Source: Ruminococcus albus 7 = DSM 20455 | Lineage (GTDB): Bacteria > Bacillota > Clostridia > Oscillospirales > Ruminococcaceae | Assembly (NCBI RefSeq): GCF_000179635.2 | Contig: NC_014833.1 | Location: 3,390,001 to 3,422,000 of the forward strand | Direction: 5' to 3' | DNA: 32,000 nt | Shown: piece by piece, positions 18,060 to 25,852 of the stretch | Position numbering within the stretch: the stretch's first letter is position 1 | How the letters are laid out: each line of letters starts with the position of its first letter | The notes under the pieces: generated by a model | The model's database searches: none | What the model saw: the letters and a program-made list of their open reading frames with translations, nothing else | What the model was told of the DNA's origin: nothing | Made by a program: the position numbers and the translations under genes

Positions 18060-19262
18060 ATGCTTACACTCGATAAAGTGTTCGACGCATCAAATGTACT
18101 CAAAGAGGTCATCAGACCTACTGCCTGTATCTCTGCTCCTCAGGTAAACCCCAACTGCAACGTTTTTCTGAAAACAGAGAACCTTCAGATAACAGGCTCT
18201 TTCAAGGTAAGGGGTGCTTATTACAGGATATCCCAGCTTTCAGATGAGGAAAAGGCACACGGTGTTATCGCGTGCTCTGCAGGCAACCACGCACAGGGCG
18301 TTGCGCTGGCGGCTGCAAAGAACGGCATACGTTCCATAATCTGCCTGCCTGACGGTGCACCCATATCCAAGGTTGAGGCTACAAGAAGCTACGGTGCAGA
18401 GATATGCCTTGTACCGGGTGTATACGATGACGCTTATGCAGAAGCTATACGTCAGCGCGATGAGTGCGGCTATACTTTCATACACCCCTTTGATGACGAA
18501 AATGTTATCGCAGGTCAGGGCACTATAGGTCTTGAGATACTCAATCAGGTGGCTAATGCCAATGTCATCGTTGTGCCTGTCGGCGGCGGCGGACTTATAT
18601 CGGGTGTGGCTTTTGCTGTAAAACAGCTTAACCCCCGTGTGAAGGTATACGGTGTTCAGGCTGAGGGCGCACCTTCCATGGTGAAATCACTTGCTGAGGA
18701 CAAGATACTCTGCCTCGACAGCGTACACACTATCGCAGACGGCATACAGGTAAAAGAACCCGGCGAGAACACATTTGAATACTGCAAACAGTACGTTGAC
18801 GGCATAGTTACCGTTACCGATGACGAGGTAAGCTCGGCTATACTCCACCTTATCGAGAAGCAGAAGCTCATCGCAGAAGGCGCAGGTGCTGTATCTGTTG
18901 CGGCTGTTATGTTCAACAAGATACCCGATATCAAGGGCAAGAACGTTGTATGTCTGGTTTCAGGCGGCAATATCGACGTTACAATACTCTCCCGTGTTAT
19001 CAAGAGAGGTCTGCTGAAGTCCGGCAGATCTGATACACTTACAATACAGCTGGATGACAAGCCCGGTCAGCTGAAGGATGTATCTGCTATCATCGCAGAT
19101 CTTGGCGCGAATGTTGTATCTATCCACCACGAGAGAGCAAGCGAGGACAGCGACATCACCGAATGCCTGCTAAGACTCGTTCTCGAAACAAGGGATTACA
19201 ACCATATCCGCGATATCCGTGCAGCACTTACTGCTAAGGGCTTCAAGATAGTAAACAAGTAA
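18060..19262 (+). CDS. ilvA: Threonine ammonia-lyase (short form with one C-terminal ACT-like domain)
   Basis: 400 aa. PLP-lysine motif TGSFKVRGA, SAGNHAQGVA, and glycine loop VPVGGGGLISG. The C-terminal ~80 aa are ACT-like (LTIQLDDKPGQL...). Confidence 0.9.
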   Translation: MLTLDKVFDASNVLKEVIRPTACISAPQVNPNCNVFLKTENLQITGSFKVRGAYYRISQLSDEEKAHGVIACSAGNHAQGVALAAAKNGIRSIICLPDGAPISKVEATRSYGAEICLVPGVYDDAYAEAIRQRDECGYTFIHPFDDENVIAGQGTIGLEILNQVANANVIVVPVGGGGLISGVAFAVKQLNPRVKVYGVQAEGAPSMVKSLAEDKILCLDSVHTIADGIQVKEPGENTFEYCKQYVDGIVTVTDDEVSSAILHLIEKQKLIAEGAGAVSVAAVMFNKIPDIKGKNVVCLVSGGNIDVTILSRVIKRGLLKSGRSDTLTIQLDDKPGQLKDVSAIIADLGANVVSIHHERASEDSDITECLLRLVLETRDYNHIRDIRAALTAKGFKIVNK

Positions 19263-19570
19263 TGAAGCTTACCGACTGCCCAAAGCCGCATCTGTACAGG
19301 GGAACAGTGCTAAGGTTTATCGGCACATACCCTTTTGACAAAGAGTATGTTGACTTTATGATATGCGAATACCATTCAGCCAAAGAAGATCGCTGTCCTC
19401 TTGCGCTGTACTGTGTATCGGGCTACCATGCAGGCTACCTTGAATATGTATTCCCGAAAGAAGCGCAGGCAGAGGATGCAGTTGCCATAAGCACCGAATG
19501 GCTGAAAGAAAGCTGGCAGACAAAGGTCTATGACGGCTGTACTGCCAATAAGGTGACAGTTATAGGGTAA
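19262..19570 (+). CDS. Hypothetical protein (102 aa), translationally coupled to ilvA
   Basis: The ATG overlaps the ilvA stop (TAATG). No recognisable motif. Confidence 0.5.
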   Translation: MKLTDCPKPHLYRGTVLRFIGTYPFDKEYVDFMICEYHSAKEDRCPLALYCVSGYHAGYLEYVFPKEAQAEDAVAISTEWLKESWQTKVYDGCTANKVTVIG

Positions 19571-19595
19571 GCAGAAAGGCACAAACGCAAATATT

Positions 19596-20066
19596 ATGAG
19601 TGCAGAAAACGAAAAGGATAACGACTGGGGCAAATCCGCGGCAGCAGTCGTCATAAAGGACGGCAAGGTTCTTCTGGTAAGGCACACCTACGGCACAGGC
19701 AAAGGTCTGCTGATAATCCCGGGCGGTTATATACGCAAAGGTGAACTTCCCGATACGGCTTGCGAAAGAGAAGTTCTTGAAGAAACAGGAGTTACCGTAA
19801 AGGCTGAAAATCTCATAGGCGTAAGGTTCAGCGACAAGGACTGGTACAGCGTGTTCACCGCAAGCTATATAAGCGGCGAGGCTCGTTCCGATAATGACGA
19901 GAACAGCGAAGCTGTATGGATAGACGCTTATGAAGCCACAGAAAGGGATGATGTCCCTGACCTGACCAAGTCAATGATACGGAGCGCCTTGAAAGAAACA
20001 GGTTTTGTTCAGACAAACTTCGTATCACGTAACAAGGACAGGATACAGAGGCTATACACTATATAG
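19596..20066 (+). CDS. NUDIX hydrolase
   Basis: The complete Nudix box G-x5-E-x7-REVLEETGV is present (GYIRKGELPDTACEREVLEETGV). Confidence 0.85.
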   Translation: MSAENEKDNDWGKSAAAVVIKDGKVLLVRHTYGTGKGLLIIPGGYIRKGELPDTACEREVLEETGVTVKAENLIGVRFSDKDWYSVFTASYISGEARSDNDENSEAVWIDAYEATERDDVPDLTKSMIRSALKETGFVQTNFVSRNKDRIQRLYTI

Positions 20067-20125
20067 ATATAACACGGCAGGCGCCGTGCTCATAAATAAC
20101 CATTATCTAAAAGGAGTAATCAATT

Positions 20126-20500
20126 ATGGCAGAGACAGTTTATACCAAAACAGCACCCGATGCGATCGGACCTTACTCACAGGCAAAGGTAGTAGGCGGA
20201 CTTGTATTCACATCGGGACAGATAGCAATAAACCCTGCAACAGGCAACGTTGAAGCAGCAACCATCGAGGAGCAGACACATCAGGTGTGCAAGAACCTCA
20301 GCGAGGTACTGAAGGCTGCAGGCACTTCGATAGACAAGGCTGTAAAGACAGTATGCTTCCTGAAGAACATGAGCGATTTCGCAGCATTCAACGGTGTATA
20401 CGGTGAGTACTTCACCTCCAAGCCCGCTCGTTCCTGCGTAGCGGTAAAGGAACTCCCCAAGGATGTTCTTGTTGAAGTTGAGGTAATAGCAGAGGTATAA
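20126..20500 (+). CDS. ridA: RidA/YjgF-family reactive enamine/imine deaminase
   Basis: 124 aa with RBS AAGGAG. Family motifs are APDAIGPYSQA, FTSGQI and PARSCVAVKELPKDVLVEVE. Confidence 0.9.
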   Translation: MAETVYTKTAPDAIGPYSQAKVVGGLVFTSGQIAINPATGNVEAATIEEQTHQVCKNLSEVLKAAGTSIDKAVKTVCFLKNMSDFAAFNGVYGEYFTSKPARSCVAVKELPKDVLVEVEVIAEV

Positions 20501-20520
20501 AGCTACCGAACTACCCACAC

Positions 20521-20548
20521 AGCCGCCCGATAAAGGCGGCTGATTTTT
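20521..20548 (+). terminator. Rho-independent terminator after ridA
   Basis: AGCCGCC (20521-20527) pairs with GGCGGCT (20535-20541), followed by TTTTT at 20544-20548. Confidence 0.8.
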
Positions 20549-20571
20549 AAAATGATACGGAGGTAAATGCT

Positions 20572-21066
20572 ATGAAAAAGGTAACAGCGATCGCTGCAGC
20601 GATAGTACTTTCTGCAGGTCTTGCAGTTGCGATAATCCCCTCTTTCGGTGCACTGGCAGAAGGTGATGATGTGATCGAGCTGCCTATCCTCCCCATCGGA
20701 AACAGCTCCGCTGCCGATGATACGAGCAGAACAGATATACCTGACAGCTCATCACCAAACAATGAATGCTCTGAGATATCGACTCCCGAAAGTCATCCGT
20801 ACGATGACGGCGGATCGGGAAATGATAATCTCGCTGATTCGATATTTGATTCCGAGATCGACGATAAAAAAGAACCCGTAAAGGGTGATCTGAACGGAGA
20901 CAGGATCGTAAATGTAACCGACCTTTCCAGGCTTGCAGCGTATATAAAGGGAAAAAAGGATCTTCCCTTCCCCGATGCAGCAGATATCAACAACAGCGGA
21001 AAGATCGATGTTACCGATCTTTCAAAGCTTGCAGCACATATCAAGGGCAAGAAGTTTTTAGGTTAA
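20572..21066 (+). CDS. Small secreted dockerin-containing protein (signal peptide, acidic/Ser-rich linker, type-I-like dockerin, no catalytic module)
   Basis: 164 aa with RBS GGAGG and a signal peptide (MKKVTAIAAAIVLSAGLAVA). Two Ca-binding dockerin segments are present: GDLNGDRIVNVTDLSRLAAYIKGKK and ADINNSGKIDVTDLSKLAAHIKGKK. Confidence 0.85.
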   Translation: MKKVTAIAAAIVLSAGLAVAIIPSFGALAEGDDVIELPILPIGNSSAADDTSRTDIPDSSSPNNECSEISTPESHPYDDGGSGNDNLADSIFDSEIDDKKEPVKGDLNGDRIVNVTDLSRLAAYIKGKKDLPFPDAADINNSGKIDVTDLSKLAAHIKGKKFLG

Positions 21067-21117
21067 ATTTGCTTAACAAATTTTCCGATAATTATTGACA
21101 TATTTTATCAGTAAATA

Positions 21118-21126
21118 TGCTATAAT
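21118..21126 (+). promoter_or_regulatory. Candidate extended -10 promoter (TGcTATAAT) for the antiporter gene
   Basis: TGC plus TATAAT at 21118-21126. TTGACA at 21095-21100 is 20 nt upstream, which is non-optimal spacing. An 8-bp hairpin (21146-21153 with 21160-21167) lies just downstream. Confidence 0.35.
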
Positions 21127-21199
21127 TTTTTTAGTGGAGTGTTTCTCCCCCGTTTTCGGACGGGGGATTATATTTGCGCATTTTTTAGGGGGTAATGAT

Positions 21200-22390
21200 T
21201 TGAAGGCATACGAGATACTCATGGATCTCTCGCTTATAATGATAAGCGCTAAATTAATGGGGCTGTTTGCAAGAAAAATTAAGGCACCAATGGTAGTCGG
21301 TGAGATAATCGCAGGCGTCATCATAGGGCCGTGTGTGCTGAACATATTGCAGCCGTCAGAATACCTGAGCATTTTCTCAGAGATAGGTGTAATACTTATA
21401 ATGTTCTCGGCAGGTCTGGAAACGAATCTGCAGGAACTGAAAAAATCAGGGCTAATAGCCTGCATCATCGCCTGTGTGGGCGTATTCGTCCCGCTGATAT
21501 GTGGAGCGGCGCTGTATACGGCGTTCTACGGCTTTGACGGTTTCGGGAGCGAAAAATTTTTCAAGGCGCTTTTCATCGGCTGTATAATGACAGCAACATC
21601 TGTGGGCATAACCGTTGAAGCCCTCAAGGAAATGGGTGTGCTGAAAGGCCGTGTCGGACAGACAATACTTTCGGCTGCCATAATTGACGATATCATCGGC
21701 ATAGTAGTGCTTACCTTCGTACTGAGTATGAAGGACCCGTCCAGCAAGATGAGTGTGGTCACACTGAAGGTAGTGGGATTCCTGGCAGCATCATTCGTCC
21801 TCGGTTTTGTGATATACAAGGTGTTCAAGTACATAGATGACAAGCACCCCCATACAAGGCGAATACCCATTATCGCGCTGAGCCTGTGCTTTATACTGGC
21901 TTATGTGGCAGAGGAATTCTTCGGCATAGCAGATATCACAGGTGCATACATCGCAGGAATAATACTCTGCAACGTTCGTGATGCGGAGTACATCGACCGC
22001 AAGGTGAACGTGAACGGATATATGTTCTTCGCGCCGATATTCTTTGTTTGTATCGGATTGAAGACCAGCTTCAAGGGTATGAACAGTGAGATAATAATAT
22101 TCTCACTTGCATTCGTTGCAGTGGCTATGCTTTCAAAGCTTGTGGGCTGCGGACTTATATCGAAGTGCTTTAAGTTCAGGAATATAGACTGCATAAAGAT
22201 CGGCGCAGGCATGATGACCCGAGGCGAGGTAGCGCTGATAATCACAAATAAGGGACTCAGTATGGGTGTTATCCCCGCAGACTATTCCACTGCGGTGATA
22301 CTGCTGATAATCGTAAGCAGCATCGTCACACCCGTATTCCTGAAATTCCTTTACTCAAAGGCACCGGACACCGCACCGACAGCAGAATAA
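21200..22390 (+). CDS. Cation:proton antiporter (Na+/H+ exchanger family, CPA2-like)
   Basis: N-terminus LMGLFARKIKAPMVVGEIIAGVIIGPCVLN is typical, and there are about 11-12 TM helices. The start is uncertain: TTG 21200 after AGGGGG, or ATG 21231. The track start at 21095 lies upstream of the putative -10. Confidence 0.85.
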   Translation: MKAYEILMDLSLIMISAKLMGLFARKIKAPMVVGEIIAGVIIGPCVLNILQPSEYLSIFSEIGVILIMFSAGLETNLQELKKSGLIACIIACVGVFVPLICGAALYTAFYGFDGFGSEKFFKALFIGCIMTATSVGITVEALKEMGVLKGRVGQTILSAAIIDDIIGIVVLTFVLSMKDPSSKMSVVTLKVVGFLAASFVLGFVIYKVFKYIDDKHPHTRRIPIIALSLCFILAYVAEEFFGIADITGAYIAGIILCNVRDAEYIDRKVNVNGYMFFAPIFFVCIGLKTSFKGMNSEIIIFSLAFVAVAMLSKLVGCGLISKCFKFRNIDCIKIGAGMMTRGEVALIITNKGLSMGVIPADYSTAVILLIIVSSIVTPVFLKFLYSKAPDTAPTAE

Positions 22391-22411
22391 AAACGATAAT
22401 ATATGATCAAA

Positions 22412-22444
22412 AGAGGGACAGCACACTTAACTGTCCCTCTTTTT
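22412..22444 (+). terminator. Rho-independent terminator after the antiporter gene
   Basis: AGAGGGACAG (22412-22421) pairs with CTGTCCCTCT (22431-22440), followed by TTTT. Confidence 0.8.
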
Positions 22445-22460
22445 AGTATCATATCAAACA

Positions 22461-22494
22461 AAAAAGCGGACAGGTCATTTCCTGTCCGCTTTTA
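22461..22494. terminator. Bidirectional terminator (serves rny on the minus strand)
   Basis: GCGGACAGG (22466-22474) pairs with CCTGTCCGC (22481-22489). It is flanked by AAAAA on the left and TTTT on the right. Confidence 0.8.
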
Positions 22495-22501
22495 TCAAGC
22501 C

Positions 22502-24067
22502 TTACTTGGCATACTCAACTACTCTGCTCTCTCTGATAAGGTTTACCTTGATCTGACCTGGATAGTCCATCTCTGTTTCTATCCTCTTTGCGATCTCCCT
22601 TGCGACCAATACCATCTTCTCGTCATTGATCTTTTCGGGCTGGATCATTATCCTTACCTCTCTGCCTGCCTGTATAGCAAAAGATTTCTCTACGCCGTCA
22701 TAGGAAGTACAGATCTCTTCAAGCTTCTGCAATCTCTTGATATAGTTCTCATAGTTCTCGCTTCTTGCACCCGGTCTTGCCGCGGATATAGCATCTGCCG
22801 CCTGTACCAGTGCCGCAACGACTGTCCTTGTTTCAACGTCACCGTGGTGTGCTTCGATAGCGTGTATAACATCAGCGTTCTCTTTGTACTTCTTACATAC
22901 ATCTACGCCGATCTGAACATGAGAGCCTTCTATCTCATAGCTAAGCGCCTTGCCTATATCATGGAGCAGTCCTGCTCTTCTAGCGAGATTTGCATCAACG
23001 CCCAGCTCACTTGCCATCATGCCTGCCAGATGTGCTACCTCTATAGAGTGGTTCAGCACGTTCTGACGGTAGCTGGTACGGAATCTCAGGCGACCCAGCA
23101 GCTTGATGAGCTCATGGTTAAGACCGTGAACATTGGTCTCGAGTACTGCTCTTTCGCCTTCCTGCTTGATCTTCAGCTCAACCTCGCGCTTTGCCTTCTC
23201 TACCATTTCTTCGATACGGGTGGGGTGGATACGACCGTCCTGGATCAGCTTTTCAAGTGCTATCCTTGCGACCTCACGCCTTACCTGATCGAAGCAGGAA
23301 ATGGTGATAGCCTCGGGTGTATCGTCGATGATAAGGTCAACGCCTGTGAGAGTTTCAATGGTACGGATATTCCTTCCCTCGCGTCCGATTATCCTGCCCT
23401 TCATCTCATCATTAGGCAGTGCCACAACGGATACAGCAGTTTCAGATACCTGATCTGCCGCACATCTCGCGATCGCCAGTGAGATATACTGCCTTGCCTT
23501 GGCATCACATTCATCCTTGATCTGTGCATCATAGTTCGCTATCTTGACAGCCTTCTCGTGTACCAGATCTCCCTCCAGCTGTGCCAGCAGATATTCCTTA
23601 GCCTGTTCAACTGTAAGACCCGATATCTTCTCCAGCATATCCAGCTGTGAATGCTTGATGCGTTCAGCCTCAGCCACCTTCTCGTCGGCGGACTTCAACT
23701 TCTTCTGAAGCGTTTCTTCCTTCTTCTCCAGATTGTCCAGCTTTTTGTCGATGCTTTCTTCCTTCTGCTGGATACGCCTTTCCTGTCTGGATACCTCACT
23801 TCTTCTTTCCTTCAGCTCTTTTTCAGTTTCCTGGCGGGACTTATGTATTTCGTCCTTTGCTTCCACCAATGCCGATTTTTTCAGGGTCTCCGCGTTTTTC
23901 TTCGCTTCCTCCACTATCTTTTCAGCTTCCGCTTCGGCAGAACCTATTGCTGCCTCGGCTGTTTCCTTTCGATAGTCGATACCCTTCTTAAAACAAATGT
24001 AGCCACTGATAGCTGCGCCAAGAACAAGAGCCGCTACACAAAGTGCTATTGCCAATCCGACACTCAT
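22502..24067 (-). CDS. rny: Ribonuclease Y
   Basis: 521 aa. It has an N-terminal TM anchor, a long coiled-coil ([13 protein letters not shown]...), a KH domain ([15 protein letters not shown]) and an HD domain ([13 protein letters not shown]...LLHDIGKA). Confidence 0.95.
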   Translation of the reverse strand: MSVGLAIALCVAALVLGAAISGYICFKKGIDYRKETAEAAIGSAEAEAEKIVEEAKKNAETLKKSALVEAKDEIHKSRQETEKELKERRSEVSRQERRIQQKEESIDKKLDNLEKKEETLQKKLKSADEKVAEAERIKHSQLDMLEKISGLTVEQAKEYLLAQLEGDLVHEKAVKIANYDAQIKDECDAKARQYISLAIARCAADQVSETAVSVVALPNDEMKGRIIGREGRNIRTIETLTGVDLIIDDTPEAITISCFDQVRREVARIALEKLIQDGRIHPTRIEEMVEKAKREVELKIKQEGERAVLETNVHGLNHELIKLLGRLRFRTSYRQNVLNHSIEVAHLAGMMASELGVDANLARRAGLLHDIGKALSYEIEGSHVQIGVDVCKKYKENADVIHAIEAHHGDVETRTVVAALVQAADAISAARPGARSENYENYIKRLQKLEEICTSYDGVEKSFAIQAGREVRIMIQPEKINDEKMVLVAREIAKRIETEMDYPGQIKVNLIRESRVVEYAK

Positions 24068-24250
24068 TGTATAGCATTCCTCCTTCTTGAAAGTACAGAG
24101 CCTTTTTCCTTACGGACACCCTTGTATCCATGAAAAAAGCCTCTGCCCGATATTAAATTGTAAAGATACATTTAGCATGAATAGTTTTATGGTAAACCGC
24201 CTCCACTGGCTTGCTTCGGCAGACCGATAAAAATTTTAATGCATAATATT

Positions 24251-24279
24251 ATTGTATAACAAATCGCTGAAATTGTCAA
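24251..24279 (-). promoter_or_regulatory. Candidate sigma-A promoter for rny (TTGACA-17-TACAAT)
   Basis: On the minus strand, TTGACA is at 24279-24274 and TACAAT at 24256-24251, with a 17-nt spacer. This implies a 5' UTR of about 175 nt. Confidence 0.6.
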
Positions 24280-24341
24280 GGTGTTTTTTATATATTCTGC
24301 CAAAAAAAATTATTTTTTTTGGCAGCCCATAAAAATCCCCC

Positions 24342-24370
24342 TTGACAAACGGTTTAAAGAGTGCTATGAT
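24342..24370 (+). promoter_or_regulatory. Sigma-A promoter of the T-box operon (TTGACA-17-TATGAT, with TGc extended -10)
   Basis: TTGACA at 24342-24347, a 17-nt spacer ending in TGC, and TATGAT at 24365-24370. Confidence 0.65.
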
Positions 24371-24390
24371 TATTTTATAATATTATAAAT

Positions 24391-24630
24391 CGATGACGGG
24401 GAAGCCGTTTGGCACAAAAAGCGCATCACAGAGAGTATGGCACAAGCTGAAAGCCGTACATCGCAAAGCTTCACGGATACCGCCCCAGAGTGCGTCCAAT
24501 ACACGCCGCAGATCTGCGTTAAAGACTAAATGAGGTACAGTGCCGTGATATCGGTATTGTGCGAATCAGGGTGGAACCACGTTTATTACGTCCCGTGAGA
24601 GTGTTATGCTCTCATGGGGCTTTTTATTTT
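24391..24630 (+). promoter_or_regulatory. T-box leader (tRNA-sensing riboswitch), predicted specifier ACC (Thr)
   Basis: The conserved elements are present in order:
- K-turn GAUGA (24392-24396).
- AG-bulge CAGAGAG (24428-24434).
- Distal loop GCUGAAAG (24446-24453).
- Helix GGGG (24398-24401) with CCCC (24483-24486), with AU-ACC-G on the 3' side of the specifier loop (ACC = 24479-24481).
- CGUUA box (24517-24521).
- T-box sequence AATCAGGGTGGAACCACG (24564-24581).
- Terminator 24592-24618 plus a U-run to 24630. Confidence 0.85.
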
Positions 24631-24695
24631 GCCGTCCCGATATGAGGCGGTGTCATTACAGATAAACCGATAAAAGTTAAGGAGAACAAAAAACG

Positions 24696-25091
24696 ATGAA
24701 CAAAAGATCTTTCGCACTTATCTGCTATTTCGTAAGCATACTTGCCTGCCTGGGTGCCGCGGCAGTATCCTTTCTGGCATTCAGGAACACGATAACCTAC
24801 ACCTTTGGTTTTCTGTTGTTTGTGCCGATATGGATAATTGCCTACTGGTTCCTTGGATTTTTCAACGCACTGGCACGCGAGAAGGACGGCAGAAAGACGA
24901 GATTCTTAATAAAAAAATCGCTTACCAGGGGTTTAAGCACAGCCGCTAATATATTAAGCGTACTGCTTTTGTGCTTCTGGGTATACGCTTATATATTCAT
25001 GGTACTTCCGGCGAGCAGGGCTGACAGCAAGGCGAAAGCCGGCACTCAGCAGGCAGCATCATGGAGCGCGGCAGGCGATAAGATAAACTGA
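24696..25091 (+). CDS. Small membrane protein (131 aa, about 3 TM), unknown function
   Basis: First ORF after the T-box terminator, with RBS AAGGAG. It has three hydrophobic helices and a Lys/Ala/Ser-rich tail. Confidence 0.6.
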   Translation: MNKRSFALICYFVSILACLGAAAVSFLAFRNTITYTFGFLLFVPIWIIAYWFLGFFNALAREKDGRKTRFLIKKSLTRGLSTAANILSVLLLCFWVYAYIFMVLPASRADSKAKAGTQQAASWSAAGDKIN

Positions 25092-25119
25092 ACTTTAAAA
25101 ATGTGAACGGAGGGATACC

Positions 25120-25746
25120 ATGAAAGTCGGAACACCTGAGGCAAGCGGCTGGGATGCTATCACAGCAGAATTTGAAAGAGTATATCCGGGACAGACCGAA
25201 CCTTTGCACTATGCCACCATCGTGCCTTTTGAGCTTGGCGGCAACGATCCGCTGAACGGCATAAGCATCTATGACGGCGGTGATTTCTGGCACTTTGTCA
25301 GCTACGGACTTACGGAGCTTTATGAAAAGGAGTGCGAGAACAAGGAATGGAGCGGCTACGGTTATGAGCTGACATTCAAGCTGAAAAAGAGCTGCTACGA
25401 TCCCGACAACGAGGAAAACGAGCTGAAATGTGTTGCGGGGATCCTTCAGCAGATAGCAAGGATAACCTTCAATAGCGGCGAGATATTCCAGAACAACGAA
25501 TACCTCTACACCGGACAGACTGCAGGTATTGATCATGAGCAGAAGTCTGCGCTTACAGGATTCATCTGCATCAACGACCCCACAGTCAACACACTTGAAA
25601 CACCAAACGGACGTGTGGAATTCATCGAGCTTATCGGCATGACTGATGCTGAGCTGAAAACTCTCGGCTCACATGACAGCGTGGCTGAGATATACAAGCG
25701 TCTTGGCAGCGATGTCACCGATTATAAGAGAAGTTCGTTAGTATAA
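25120..25746 (+). CDS. SUFU-like (suppressor-of-fused domain) protein
   Basis: 208 aa with RBS GGAGGG. GWDAITAEFERVYPGQTEPLHYATIVPFELGGNDPLNGISIYDGGDFWHFVSYGLTELYEKE...GYELTFKL...ETPNGRVEFIELIGMTDAEL matches my recollection of bacterial SUFU-family proteins. Not verified by search. Confidence 0.7.
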   Translation: MKVGTPEASGWDAITAEFERVYPGQTEPLHYATIVPFELGGNDPLNGISIYDGGDFWHFVSYGLTELYEKECENKEWSGYGYELTFKLKKSCYDPDNEENELKCVAGILQQIARITFNSGEIFQNNEYLYTGQTAGIDHEQKSALTGFICINDPTVNTLETPNGRVEFIELIGMTDAELKTLGSHDSVAEIYKRLGSDVTDYKRSSLV

Positions 25747-25852
25747 CAGCAAGAACAGCAAAAGTCTGCGGGTGGGCGGGCGGGGCTTACAATGTATGTA
25801 AGAAAAGCCATTCGCCCCACGCAGATCTCAGATACTGAAAGGCGGAATAGAT

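Noticed and set aside
21146-21167. The hairpin TCCCCCGT-tttcgg-ACGGGGGA after the dockerin gene, considered as a riboswitch or attenuator for the antiporter
   Set aside because: It is only a single 8-bp stem with a weak U-tract and no alternative pairing that I could find. It may simply terminate the dockerin transcript, so it is noted under features and the hairpin finding only.
22403-23482. A 359-aa plus-strand ORF overlapping rny
   Set aside because: It is antisense to RNase Y. It begins inside the terminator region of the antiporter gene and is Cys/Leu/Tyr-rich with no motifs.
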